A stretch of 64,000 nt of DNA, taken from IMG/VR virus record IMGVR_UViG_3300027749_000050. The stretch is one strand, 5' to 3'. The stretch is from an uncultured virus (IMG/VR IMGVR_UViG_3300027749_000050). Lineage: Duplodnaviria; Heunggongvirae; Uroviricota; Caudoviricetes. The notes beneath the pieces were generated by a model. The model was given only the letters and a program-made list of their open reading frames with translations, searched no databases and was not told where the DNA came from. The position numbers and the translations under genes were made by a program. Below are positions 45,901 through 56,300 of the stretch, one piece after another (the stretch's first letter is position 1; each line of letters begins with the position of its first letter).

Positions 45901-48900
45901 TGTAGGAAGTTGATGAGAATGTACAAGTTCTCCATTAGCATTTTTATAAGAAGTTGTAGATACTTGTTCATCAAATATAGAGTTGGCCCCTGCTATTTTA
46001 GTAAGACGTCCTATAGCACTATCTACATCATCATTTACATCTTTAGCAGTATCTTGTTCAGCATCATCTTCTCCTTCAGCTTCTTCTGGAGTTTCATAGC
46101 TGGTGATGTTATTCATTTGTTCATCAGCTGCAGCTAACTTATCAGGATCTATATTGGTACCAAAAGGATTTTTACCAGATTTAATAATACTAGTTATCTC
46201 TCTAGCATCTTCTTCTGTCATTGGTTCAACACCTTCAAATGCTTTTAAGATTTTATAATCTTCATCACTAACCTTTTCTGCTTTAGATAAGTATGAATAC
46301 TTTAAAAATAAAGGAGAAAGGTTTATACCCAACTCATCTTTCATATCACCTATAATTCTTTCTATTTGAGCTTCTAATTGATCCTCACTATAGTTATTTC
46401 CTTTCTTAAGAATTGTAGCTAAGTCTTCTAATGCCTCAGTTTTACGATTCATAAACTTAGATATGTCTTCTGTTGTTTTAGGAACAATATCATATTCATC
46501 CCCAAACTTTCTTAAGAAGGCATTATACCAAATACTAAATTGATTTTTAGCAGCACCCTTACGGTTAGCCTCCATCACCACAACTGTTCCCTTACTAATA
46601 TCTTTATTAATAAAATAAGAATCTACAGAGAACTGACTAAACCCTTTTACCACTGCCTGGAACAGTGTAGCCTGTGCACTGTTTCCAATGTTCACAAAAT
46701 TATTATTTTCATCATATTGTATATCAACATCATCACTAAACTTATTCCAAAACTTTCTAGCTTCTGGATTATGTTTAGCAAATATTTTTAGTCTGTCTAA
46801 AGTTTGTTCTTGACTTATAGATCCTGAAACAGCCTTTAGTATACCGTTATATAGTACATTAGCATTAGCTGCCTCAACCAAAGGTTCACCATTTACAAAT
46901 TTAGTATTACCAAATTCATCTGTAGCAGTATCAACAATAGTTCCTAAGTATTGTCTTAACTCTTTAGATAGAGATCCATATCCACCAATACTATAAGTTT
47001 CTTTCCAGTTGTCTGTTGTCACTCTATCTCCATATTCATCCACCTGCTCGTCATAAAAATCAGTGTCTTCTCTTTCTTGATATCCCATTAACTTGGTATG
47101 TTCCTTTACAGCTTTTTTAAATTCTTCTACAAGTTCTGGATTACTAAACAATCTATACTTTTCTTTAATAGAATTCCTAGCTCTGTTAATAGCCACTGCA
47201 GATCCATTATACCTATCTTCAAATGTATCAGATTCATAATAAGGATTTGATTCTAAATCATATAATTCTGCATAGTCTGCAATTACACTATCCATTACAT
47301 CTTCATTATGTGTACGTAACCCAGCCTCAGCCATACGTCTATGATATATAGCAGCAATAGTAGATGCAAGAATATCTCCTTCTTGTTGACTTAAATATTT
47401 AGGAATATTTTCTTCTTCACCATCTTCATTTGTTATTCTGGTAACTCCAATCTTTATAGATTTTAAAGCAGGTTCTGCTATACCAATATTAACCATTTCA
47501 GAAGTAAATCTATTTAAAACAGCACTACTATTTCTAAAACTTCCTTTCTCAATTTTCATAAACAAATCATCTATAGGAGATTGTTTAAGTCTTTTAAAGA
47601 AGTTTAGAATAAAATCAAGTAGTTTACGGAACCAACTTTTATTTTCTGATGATGTTTTTACTTTAGAATCTTTTTTCCAGTCTTCAAATTTATCAGCAAG
47701 ATATTCTTCATAAACTCTTTCTTCAAGTTGTTTATCAGTTAGTCTTGAATAAAACTCAGGCTTAGATTCATAAAGTTCTTTCTTTAAAGCTTCAATACTC
47801 TTTCCAGATTGCTTAAGTTCTTTTTTAGCTTCATTTAATAAAACATTAATCTGTTCATCTGTAAGAAGCATACGGAATATAGCATGGAAAGCTTCATGAA
47901 ATTTAAATGCTCCATTTTTAGTAACTGCAACTCTACCTTCAAGTCTACCATTAAGCTCATTCATGTGCATATAGAACATACCCACAGTGATACCAGCTTT
48001 CTTCATCTCTCTGTTTATATTTCTAAACTCTTCAGCAGAAATAAATTCAGGTAGATTTTGCTTAAGCCATTTATTAAAATCATTAATATTTGTTATATCA
48101 TCATTTGATAGTTTCTCAGAAACTTTTAATGCTGTTCCATTATTTAATTGTGCTATCTGTTGATCTACTTCTTGTATTCTAGGATCATTAGCATATTTAT
48201 ATTTCATTGTGTCTTGACGAGACATTCCTCCCTTCAAAAGTTCACGTTGAATAGTTTCTATAAGATCATCTCTTTTATTTGATAAATCTAGTAATTGATC
48301 TTGAATAGTTTTTTTTCTTATTTGCTCCTTACGTTGTCTAACTAGCTCAGCCATCTTAGCAACTTCTGCAGGATCCACTTGTATATTACTTGGATCTGGA
48401 ACAATTATTTCAGGACCTGCTGCTGGAGTTTTAGGAGCTCCAGGTTGATTAGGATTACCATTTGTATTTATAATTATAGAACTAGATGATGTTTGATTTT
48501 TCTTTACAGAAAAGAATATACCAGCATTCTTAGTAACATTTTTATTAACACCAGATATCATTTGACGATATTCACTAATCTCAGCATCCTCAGATATAGA
48601 TCTTTTAAAGCTTTTAGCATTTATATCAATACCAATTTTCTTAGTAGAATTTTTATCATTAGCATCATGATCAGCAATACCTCTATTTATTCTTTCTATA
48701 AGATCAGCTGCATCTTTAATATCTAATGGCTTCTTACCATCTGTAGAAGATTCACTAAGTATAATATCTCTTTTAAGGGGAGACTTATCTCCTTTTCTAA
48801 ATGTTGCAACTTCCACTCTTATATTACCAGTGGGTGTCATGGAAAGATTAAATCTCATACCTCTTCTTCCTGCAACAGCAATATATATACTATCATTAAT

Positions 48901-51900
48901 TTCTGCATTTATATCAACAGAAGCATTTGCATCTCTTGCTCCAAAGTAAACAGTATTAGTTTTTGGATCTGTTTTTTGTTCTAAGTTGTTTTCTTTTAAC
49001 TTCTTAGAAACTTCATTCATTTTTTGTACTAAAGATGTCAATTCATCTTTCTCTATTATAGCACTCTGAAGTGGAATAAACTTAATAGAACCATTAGGCA
49101 TTTCTACTGCAGCAACATATCTACCAAGATTTCTAAGTTTATCTTCTCCTCCTTCATATCTAGCAGCATTAATCTTATCTTCTATAGATTTCTTCTTAGC
49201 ACCAATTACACCAGCACTGGTTTGTATACGAGGGTCTTCCTCATACATTCCATTACCAAGATATTTAGTTCTACGATCTATAATATATGTTTCTCCTTCT
49301 ATTGTATTAACATCAGTATCATTTAAACTTATAACAGGATCAGCTTGTGTTGTATAATCATATTCTCCTAAAGATGGAGTAAAGTTAAATAGCTTACCTG
49401 TTTCTTCTGCTGAAAGAGTTAAACTATCTTCCTTTCCTAATTGTTTAAGAAGAGCCCTAAAGAATAATTCACTTTGAATATAATTGTCTCGAAACTTCCT
49501 AAATTCATCATTTACATCTTTATTTTTAACATTAAAGATTTCTTCAAATTGTTTTTTACTAATAGCATTTAAACTAGTTCTATTACCCTCATCACTTAAA
49601 TACGTATATCTATTGTAAGATGTAGCAAACCCTATAGTCTCACCATTGTACATGATTTCAATCATGTGAGTCTCAGGATTAAGTTGAATATTTTTATTTT
49701 CATTTAGTTGCCCTTCTTGCCATATAGTAGGCTCACCAACATTTTGGTTCTTAGTTATACGAACAGATATACCAGCTATCAATAAATCCTTTGGAGTATC
49801 ACTTACTAATTTTTTCAATCTATCTTCAGCAATAGTTAAGTCTTCATCAAAAGAATTTTTCTTAGGATATATTCTTACAAGTTCGTTGTTTCTTACAATC
49901 CTTATAGCATTAGGATTTTTTGGTGTGCTTGCTGGTTGAAATTCAGATTCTAATCTAAGATCATCCAGTTTAGTTATTGTTTTTGAGCTTATTGTTCCAG
50001 ATAAAGGTTGTATTACAATAGAAGGTATACCTTTAATTTTTTTAGGTTCACGTTTTGTAAGTACTTTAAACTTATTTCCGTTTTTATCTACTAGTATAGC
50101 ACCATACATAATAGTTTTACCATCAAAAGTATATTCTTTAAGATCTCCAGAATATGCTTCTAATAAAGCATCAAAGACTGTTTTAACTTTATCCATTGTT
50201 TCATATAATCCCATAGGATCATAATCAGGAAACTTCTTTTCATCAAGAGTAGTTTCCATTACAGGATTATTTTTTTTATCTACTATGTAGTAAAAAAAGT
50301 TTCCTTCTTTATCTTCAGTTTGAATTAAATAGAAACCATTCTTAGATTCAATAACAATTTCATCTTTAGGTAACCCATCCGGTCTATCTTTATCTTTAGC
50401 TAAAATATCATCTAATTCTTTAGCTTGTTGATTAGCTTCATCTTCTGTTTTAATTCCTTTAGCTACAATATTTCTTTTAGGACTTATTATGCTATACGTA
50501 CCATCTTCATCTAACTTAACAATATGAGTTTCTGATTCTGGATCTTTAGGGTCTTTAGGATCCTTAGGCTTTTTACCATTTAGTTCATCATTTATTTCTT
50601 GGATGTGTTCTTCTTTAAACTTCTGGGCAGTGGCTTCCATAGCATCCATAAGTCTTCTATGAACATTTACAAACTGAATAGGGTTTGCAAGAACATTGTA
50701 TGCATCTATATATTCTTTATGATCTTTATTAAGATCCATATAATCTAAGATGGTTTCATACATATCTTGAACATCATCTGTCTTAACAACTGTATCAATT
50801 TTAGATTCTGCATTTTTAGAATTTATATAATTCTCAAAAGCTTTTCTAGCCTTTGCAGATTTACGTTTGTTTCCACGAGTCATATTATTTAACTCTGCAG
50901 AATGTAATACCCAATCCTCTAAAGATTTTAATTGATTTTTCTTAACCTTTAATAAGTCTCTTGTAGCTTTATCTTTTTGAGTAATTGCTTCAGTGTCAGC
51001 AATTTCTTTCTTTAAAAGATCAATTTCCAACTCAGTGTTTTGCATAACACCAAGAGTTCTAATAGATATGGCAGCAGAAGATCCTATTACAGGAATCTCA
51101 GCCATTTTGTTTTGAAGTTTTACACCTCTTATAGTAGTGTTTCTAGCTTTATAATCATTAGTTGCTAACATTTCAATAGCATCATCTAATGCTCTTTTAG
51201 CAAGTTGAGCAGTTTTGTGTTCAGGAGTTCCTTCTCTATAAAGGTCTAGCATCACTTTATCACCAAATCTACTCTTTAATGTTTTCCATGTTTTATGAAA
51301 GTCTACAGTTTCATCAGCAATCTTATTAAAGAAATCACCCACTGACTTTATATTGTCATTAGTTTGTTCTAATCCAAAAGCTTCTTTAAATTGTTTTTCA
51401 TCAAATGATTTTCCATACTCACGAAGTGTATTAATTACACTATCAATCATATCTGTTTTAATAGAAGCAGATACCATCTTAGCAAATGCTGATGATTTAT
51501 TATTTGAAAATACATATTGGTCTGCATTACCAATAGCCTCCTGCATATTCTGAGCTGCTTTATTTTGAACCTTTATATTAGCAATATGCTCATTTAAATA
51601 TCTATTAGGATTTTCATAGAAGGCATTAACTAATTTTAATTGAGAAGCTACATCAGCTTTTCTAATTTGTCTTTCTAAAGAACTAGTTCCTCCATATAGT
51701 TTAGCTTGTCCTACAGCAAAGTTTATAGGAGATATAAGTCTTCCTGTAACAGCACCCATCAAGAATGTTTTCAATCCTTGCATGTTTGTTTCTTGATCAA
51801 CAGCTTTACTTAAAGCTTTATCAAATAAGTCTGATCCTTTTTTACCATGATATAAATCATAGTAATAATTTTGTAAAGAGTTATTAGATATATCTTGAAA

Positions 51901-53361
51901 TAATTCTTGCAAACCTTCATCAAGCTCCCACTTAAACATTCCTTTACCAACAGACTTAGTAACTTCCCAAGCTGCTTTTCTCACCCCAAAATCTTTAGCA
52001 ATTTCACCAGCAAGTCCTATTGTTCCAAGTCTTCCTTTTTGATATCCTTTAGTAAATATTTCATCACTAGTTTCAGCCACTCCTTTTTTAACAGCTTTTT
52101 TACCACTAACTTCTAATATGTCTTCTGCAAATTGACCCACTCCTTCACCTAGCACTTTACGACCTGCAGAAAATTTAGAAAATACATTATCAAATTCAAG
52201 TCTATTACTAAGCATTAATATGCCGGTGTTTACCCAAAAGTTATCATGGGCAGCATCCATTGCATTTTGCTTCATTTTACTTTCAAGAACAGGATCTGGA
52301 GCTTCTCCTGTTTTATGCAACTCCTCATCATACATTTTAGTATAAAGATCCCCATATGTACTAGCAGCTTCCATACGAGCCTCTGACATAGCTATATTAG
52401 TTTCAGATAAAAATCTTCTAAGACCACCTACACCTATAGTTGCTAATTGTAAAGCTCCAGCACCAGCTTTACCATATTTGTCCATTGTATATATAGTATC
52501 AGCAAATGGAATTATCTTACGAGCTCCCTGAATCATTTTTTCAGCAATAGTTCCTTGTTTCCATACAGAATCTCCAAGTTCTACCATATCTTTCATCACC
52601 TCTGCTTTGGTAACTATTTTACCTGCCCATGATGCTTCTTTCAATCCAAGTTTAGCAAGAGAAAATTCTGTAGATAATCCCATAGTGAGAAGTTCTTCAG
52701 AAAGAAATTGTCCTATTGCACCAACAGCAAAACCTGACTGTTGTAACATATCACCAAAGAACTTTCTATTAAATATACCATTCCATCCAGTTTGTTCACT
52801 TTCTGGAGTAGAGTAAATAGCATACTTATTCATTATATTATCAGTCACCTTACTTTGCTCCATTAACTCTTCAGGAGTACCAAATAATTTACTAGAGTCC
52901 CAAGAACTTATAGCATCAGCTATATTTCCCCAACTTTTCCATCCATTAATAAAACCATTTCCAGCAATTTTAATCATTCCTGTAAGACCATTTCCCCACA
53001 CATCTCCCCAAGTTTGACGAGCACCATATTTATATTCATTCTCTTGACCAGCATTAGGATCAAAACCTAATTGACTAAAGTTCTTAGAGCTAGTATATCT
53101 ATTAGCTTGTGATGCATTATAATCAAAAAAAGTAGGAGCAGCTTGATAGCTAGCACTTGTTGGCTTCTTTAAAAAGTCATTAAGTCCATTTTCAACAGGA
53201 TCAAATGCACTGCCAGTAGTTGGTAAATTAACACTTTGATTAAAATTAACATTAGGATTAACTATATCTAGTATCCCTAAATCTTGAGGTAATTCTAAAT
53301 CAGGACTCTTAAGATAATCTCCTTGTAGTTGCTCAGGTATAATTCCAGAATCAAAAGCCAT
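39904..53361 (-). CDS. virion-associated two-barrel RNA polymerase polyprotein (crAss/phi14:2 gp66-like)
   Basis: 4485 aa; VRIPS...P..L.EISGADFDIDK (DFDID at 43231-43245), ADAQMY, AMTDNAKE; zincin-like HEAFH at 47884-47898. Confidence 0.9.
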   Translation of the reverse strand: MAFDSGIIPEQLQGDYLKSPDLELPQDLGILDIVNPNVNFNQSVNLPTTGSAFDPVENGLNDFLKKPTSASYQAAPTFFDYNASQANRYTSSKNFSQLGFDPNAGQENEYKYGARQTWGDVWGNGLTGMIKIAGNGFINGWKSWGNIADAISSWDSSKLFGTPEELMEQSKVTDNIMNKYAIYSTPESEQTGWNGIFNRKFFGDMLQQSGFAVGAIGQFLSEELLTMGLSTEFSLAKLGLKEASWAGKIVTKAEVMKDMVELGDSVWKQGTIAEKMIQGARKIIPFADTIYTMDKYGKAGAGALQLATIGVGGLRRFLSETNIAMSEARMEAASTYGDLYTKMYDEELHKTGEAPDPVLESKMKQNAMDAAHDNFWVNTGILMLSNRLEFDNVFSKFSAGRKVLGEGVGQFAEDILEVSGKKAVKKGVAETSDEIFTKGYQKGRLGTIGLAGEIAKDFGVRKAAWEVTKSVGKGMFKWELDEGLQELFQDISNNSLQNYYYDLYHGKKGSDLFDKALSKAVDQETNMQGLKTFLMGAVTGRLISPINFAVGQAKLYGGTSSLERQIRKADVASQLKLVNAFYENPNRYLNEHIANIKVQNKAAQNMQEAIGNADQYVFSNNKSSAFAKMVSASIKTDMIDSVINTLREYGKSFDEKQFKEAFGLEQTNDNIKSVGDFFNKIADETVDFHKTWKTLKSRFGDKVMLDLYREGTPEHKTAQLAKRALDDAIEMLATNDYKARNTTIRGVKLQNKMAEIPVIGSSAAISIRTLGVMQNTELEIDLLKKEIADTEAITQKDKATRDLLKVKKNQLKSLEDWVLHSAELNNMTRGNKRKSAKARKAFENYINSKNAESKIDTVVKTDDVQDMYETILDYMDLNKDHKEYIDAYNVLANPIQFVNVHRRLMDAMEATAQKFKEEHIQEINDELNGKKPKDPKDPKDPESETHIVKLDEDGTYSIISPKRNIVAKGIKTEDEANQQAKELDDILAKDKDRPDGLPKDEIVIESKNGFYLIQTEDKEGNFFYYIVDKKNNPVMETTLDEKKFPDYDPMGLYETMDKVKTVFDALLEAYSGDLKEYTFDGKTIMYGAILVDKNGNKFKVLTKREPKKIKGIPSIVIQPLSGTISSKTITKLDDLRLESEFQPASTPKNPNAIRIVRNNELVRIYPKKNSFDEDLTIAEDRLKKLVSDTPKDLLIAGISVRITKNQNVGEPTIWQEGQLNENKNIQLNPETHMIEIMYNGETIGFATSYNRYTYLSDEGNRTSLNAISKKQFEEIFNVKNKDVNDEFRKFRDNYIQSELFFRALLKQLGKEDSLTLSAEETGKLFNFTPSLGEYDYTTQADPVISLNDTDVNTIEGETYIIDRRTKYLGNGMYEEDPRIQTSAGVIGAKKKSIEDKINAARYEGGEDKLRNLGRYVAAVEMPNGSIKFIPLQSAIIEKDELTSLVQKMNEVSKKLKENNLEQKTDPKTNTVYFGARDANASVDINAEINDSIYIAVAGRRGMRFNLSMTPTGNIRVEVATFRKGDKSPLKRDIILSESSTDGKKPLDIKDAADLIERINRGIADHDANDKNSTKKIGIDINAKSFKRSISEDAEISEYRQMISGVNKNVTKNAGIFFSVKKNQTSSSSIIINTNGNPNQPGAPKTPAAGPEIIVPDPSNIQVDPAEVAKMAELVRQRKEQIRKKTIQDQLLDLSNKRDDLIETIQRELLKGGMSRQDTMKYKYANDPRIQEVDQQIAQLNNGTALKVSEKLSNDDITNINDFNKWLKQNLPEFISAEEFRNINREMKKAGITVGMFYMHMNELNGRLEGRVAVTKNGAFKFHEAFHAIFRMLLTDEQINVLLNEAKKELKQSGKSIEALKKELYESKPEFYSRLTDKQLEERVYEEYLADKFEDWKKDSKVKTSSENKSWFRKLLDFILNFFKRLKQSPIDDLFMKIEKGSFRNSSAVLNRFTSEMVNIGIAEPALKSIKIGVTRITNEDGEEENIPKYLSQQEGDILASTIAAIYHRRMAEAGLRTHNEDVMDSVIADYAELYDLESNPYYESDTFEDRYNGSAVAINRARNSIKEKYRLFSNPELVEEFKKAVKEHTKLMGYQEREDTDFYDEQVDEYGDRVTTDNWKETYSIGGYGSLSKELRQYLGTIVDTATDEFGNTKFVNGEPLVEAANANVLYNGILKAVSGSISQEQTLDRLKIFAKHNPEARKFWNKFSDDVDIQYDENNNFVNIGNSAQATLFQAVVKGFSQFSVDSYFINKDISKGTVVVMEANRKGAAKNQFSIWYNAFLRKFGDEYDIVPKTTEDISKFMNRKTEALEDLATILKKGNNYSEDQLEAQIERIIGDMKDELGINLSPLFLKYSYLSKAEKVSDEDYKILKAFEGVEPMTEEDAREITSIIKSGKNPFGTNIDPDKLAAADEQMNNITSYETPEEAEGEDDAEQDTAKDVNDDVDSAIGRLTKIAGANSIFDEQVSTTSYKNANGELVHSHQLPTFNLVRGAELQNSEYREELKKDKFLSTNFLLNSPFFQAIADNFKVASIDGAKDSALTENDNGKFVENKQLNVNQNAGVTYGKMSDREFLVSLFDLYTNNKKHVVIREDGKGLNEFMTSSVLLGVLEASNTGNVANLPVIRSVEYKNQKIALTSEMTDALMAEVIREYDRITRVEKEMNNGFPNGIIEGYHNGEERGLKFIKMGNMLGSDLSEKLMNAARGNEDISKYKNEILQQVEKYWLGPGGKLDQMVESLINQNIIKRITQVNEAGETKTKLVNNLLSESVFYGFKKNGKYDIDRNRMLNMLAQAPVYNIAQIMMSNYLNTLSARQLFIGDAAEIFKNNGGIDEVKRNRGLNGSGASIESIITSKELGIEHANKTSHVVTFEDPLYKGKFAGKNKEKADAQMYLTEKCLRYTLFGLGKLNKAQADLLDKIKKGENVNSDDIFGEGFRNVDRDIVYKGGSIEFNAQTNSIKLVYSDGKKYIKVSGVMLSKQLTSIKLNGQWEARPGSEELHMLREKLEDFETKNQTITFGIPKSASKGVKKNVARSISDINTNNFVEHDNRFWRLQLENPSNKTIITDPTQAKQLIIAEQSRDLLVNFRGQEMSLGEVIDNYLKDTEQRVQNNYYSARKEMFDIDKAFGELRKSLKQNQITPKLGKFLKNAVETLASTGADAQLIEFFTPMYNPQTGEYTQKYNLNHPITLDKFTQLFLAHYSKGVMSEKVPGHALALMSNYGMKIAKRVVELDENGQPKRWVVIRRDQYEANRELLNAVKNGKRWNNDLDREFEGLSVGDVYIDDLRHNVPEYDENGNITGYFSEMMTAAHFREHMNIGADEEIPESALKAFAVRIPSDDKHSFVTTRLVDFLPANYGSTAVFPHELIEISGADFDIDKVYMQIVDSYKNKKEGLLIPYGTAKTDKGKFEEYLIYMASRDRNVKDKLKQLSTLGVTAEDPDTITGYLEPNISYESIEQLSNDLLKKDRDALILENALKELGLPSTVDEYIKHVKTKGELNNGVLNNRILEAKIKMLNNDKMVLSQKGELPVAFQVAEVQPLIDAIENFIARFPMLHDILIEAGEDVDSMIGQYRAFKNNKEGSRNIGPAVNSMLVFALMNAYGEQTKIRTKNAKGEDLFVLTIDGHQFGSYEHSRAYNNRKVVNADGSVTDSSDYDGERIFYHIGAIVNAMTDNAKERLAARLGLNINAVGIVSNMVALGVPLETALMFNLQPAVREFYKNISVTSNSIKTAEERLIFKSSVGNLLLAKLEEAIPDGVTLPEVTTSLLENNIKSNGSNPEANLAIFKSFFQFYGQTEYYSDVAQVLKLSKGLGTDNENIDKIDKKEETLGLNLGDTDFANSNIPFDLRQVLGGLDRSKPFHNITANYRAIKDQIKELQKSVFIEKTYMFKRLRDTVLANLHVNSKERETFNKTLKRDIIAYLGIKAYMQYLKVNNKTIKLEGLDNALIYDASAVDRGEDFMDVIDTVKKIREKMPDNYFANKFLNIVPVVLKDVNENKEYVNPNTKGGINLAESNTWAKLDSYEQGRLEDSFLEIYSKDRKLALNLFNYLIVKDGGQFKSGSFIKFIPPAMFKEILDATGDAHELLKEDSKVGNDQAYKDMFGMTGKEVFNEFTTLYSTNVNNSFNIKFVNIGKIKKDKALEDKKPKGYIAEVVKTDKSESQPIPTKIVIDIFGGIRKAEMTLLEDEMGNQFYAETIATGKFSEEELEKLNYNKLLLKARGITVTNRPTEDGKNRYYLELPYTIKVETGNIKSKTTSYYKLKVIGKGKESVKDNGLGSMIREVGENMILSSIAEYEKFDPKGSKKQWKAGGVTGEMPANIVLRKRTAKNSDMFDKLDSLEAQLEKLEAQLAGIPSVQLEAPVQELSRDWGIYVKIVGNKVSYYKREKGKDIEYDVKGAKSAQELLDRLNKEYEESGGVSTGALTSIETAAPKDVTDIKVPDVEGFKPREVTEEDTNKFKDLIAARKKEKQAEIDEQKKKDDNNCPM

Positions 53362-53378
53362 AGATAGTAAGTGTATGA

Positions 53379-56300
53379 TTATTTAATAATAATTCCGTTG
53401 TCTCTGTAATATTTATCCCTATCAAAAGTAGTAGGCTTATCAGCAACTGGTTGACCAGTGGCAGGATTCACAGCATTACTTGGATTAGATGGAGATTCTA
53501 AGTACTGTTGATATTGTTGTTGTGTATTACGATTACTCACCATAAGCTCATAATATTTTTCATATAAATAGTTTATTATTTCATCAGGACTTTTAGAATT
53601 AGGCCCTACCAAAGGTATATCAATATCTTGAGATTTTTGTTTAGTAACTGAAGTTAGTTGTTTAGTTTTAGGATCAGTAACATTTTCTCTAACATTATAC
53701 TTAAGATTTACTGTTACAGCTGTAGGAGGATTTGCTTCTCCATTTGCTCCTACAGTACCATCAGTATTGGGAGTGGCAGTAAAATCAAATCCTGAAGCAG
53801 CTATTACAGGATCACATTTCATAGGTTTACCACGTAATAAGTTTTGATACACATACATACCAGTGCTATTAGGAAGACTAGTTAATGTAGGACCAGTTGC
53901 TGTAGAAGATATTACTAAACTATATTGCTGTTGGTTTAACTGATCTAAATTAACTCCACCAATTTGTTGTTTTGTTTCAGCAGATATTTCTCCAATATTA
54001 AAACTAATAGTTTGCTTACCTCCAACACCAAGAGTTTTATATGTAAACCCTTGTATATACTTCTCTACATTTTCTTCTTTGTTTTGTAATAAGGCTCTTA
54101 AGGCAGCCATTGTAGAAGGATCTACAGGTTTACCATCTGCACCATATATATCAGCATTAGCTGGAGATAAAGCTTCATTTAAAATATTAAATGATTTATC
54201 TTCTTGATGTTTTTTATCAAATGTATATGACCATTCTGTACCAAGCTTTCCTGTTTTATCTCTATAAAATAATAAATCAGGAACAACATCTTCATTTGCT
54301 TTTGTTACTTTAGCAGCAAACTCTTCAGATGTTCCATATTTAGGAGTAAGTTGTTTATTATAAATATCATTCCAAGCACGAGGTCCATATATAATACCTT
54401 CTTCATTATTTGTTTTAATTAAACTATATTTTTTACCATCTAAGAAAATATCTCCTTGATCTGTTTGACCTAGTTCTCCTTTTATATATCTAGCTGCTAC
54501 ATCTTGTTTACTAAGTTTAAGAATATGTGTAGGATTTGGATCACCATATGGTTGAAGTTCTAATGTAGGCATATCTTTAGATATATCATTAGCTGTAACA
54601 ATATCCTTTTGACCATTGTGATCAATCACTATATTCTTATACTCTGGGTTCTTTAAAACTTTTTTAAGAAGCTCTTGTCTGTTGGCTTCATTAGAATTAT
54701 ATGTATCTAAGTTTTGAACAGATGTCAAATAACTCATCATTGCACCAAATTCATTTTGGTTTAATGGTACATCATTTCCCTCTTTTCCAAGTTCTAATCT
54801 CTTATTAAAATAATCTTGACCATATGCTATAATAGCATTTCTTAATGAACCAGGTCCTGTTATTTTCTTTATACCAGCATTTTGTACAGCAGGATTATTT
54901 TGTAAAGCTTTACCAAGTTTATCTGTAGCTGCTTTTTGTTCTGCAGTAAAATTATAATCAGGAGAATTTTTATCATGAATAGATCTCACTTCATTCTTTA
55001 AAGCAGATGATATACTAGCTATTTCAGCATCATTTAAATTAAGACCTGACTTAGTAACATATAATAAACCTTTAGGATCAAATATCATATCATGAGCACT
55101 TAAATAAGTCTCAGTCATTCTTTTATTATATACTTCAGCAGCAGTAGTTGCACTAGCTGTTATATCTCCTGTTGTACCTAATCCAATATACCTACCTGTA
55201 GAAAATACATCTTCTCCTAAATCTGGAACTACTACATCATTACCACTAGCATCTTTAATAGTTTTAGTTTTACCAGTGGTGCCTGTTCCTATAGGTTTAG
55301 GATTTTTTAATTCCCAATCTTTTTGTGCAAGCTCTGTAAGTTTATTGTTTTGAGCCCATACATCTTTTTGTTTTTCCCAAACATCATTAGAAGCATTTCT
55401 ATTAAACTCAGCTTTTCTCATTTGCAAATTTTGAGCACTAAAGAAAGCTGAATTCTCTTTTATTTCTTTATTTTCTATTGATGATTTACCAGTGGCCCAA
55501 TTATCTACAAGACGTTGTCTAGCAAGAGTGGCAAAATAAGAATCAGGATCTACTCTTAAAGCATCTGTTATTCTATTTTTATCTGTTTGATTAAAATATT
55601 TATAATCAGTATTTAAACCTTTTTCTTTACCTTCTAACGTTATTAAATCTTGATTTAATTTATCAACAAAATTTTTCTGTTGCTCAGTCATTGTTGATGG
55701 CATACTTTTAAGTACACCCATTATTTCACTTCTTTCAACATCTATAGAGTTTTGTCTTTTTTTATATCCTTGATCTAACTCAGTGATTACATCTTTAGAC
55801 ATAACATCTACAGATTGTTCATCTGTAAGATTAGGAAGAGACTTTCTAAGATTTTTTATTCTCTGTTCTTTTTCCACTATACCTGTAACACGAAATTGTT
55901 CATAAAAGTTATTACCAATTGTAGACTCAGCCCAGGTTTTAAACTTTTGTTTAGAACGTTCTCCATTCTTTGAACTAATTAAATAACCTCCATCTGGACT
56001 TTGCTCATCCCATTTAACTTCTAACTTTTGTTTAGTAGCTTCATCTTCTAAATACTTCTGTATGTTAGTAAATGGAACAGCCTCACGTTTTTCAATTTTA
56101 GAATAGGCATCTGCATTTCTACCAGCATTCTGAAGTTTTTCTAATCCATTATTTAAATACATCATAGCAATACCACTATACTGCTCTTTTGTTTTAGGAT
56201 CATTGTCATCTCTCCAAGTTGTCAACTTTTGAGCTTGTCCTTGATACCACTTAGTTAAAGCACTATCTTTTAGCATAAACTGATCATCCCAAAATGGACT

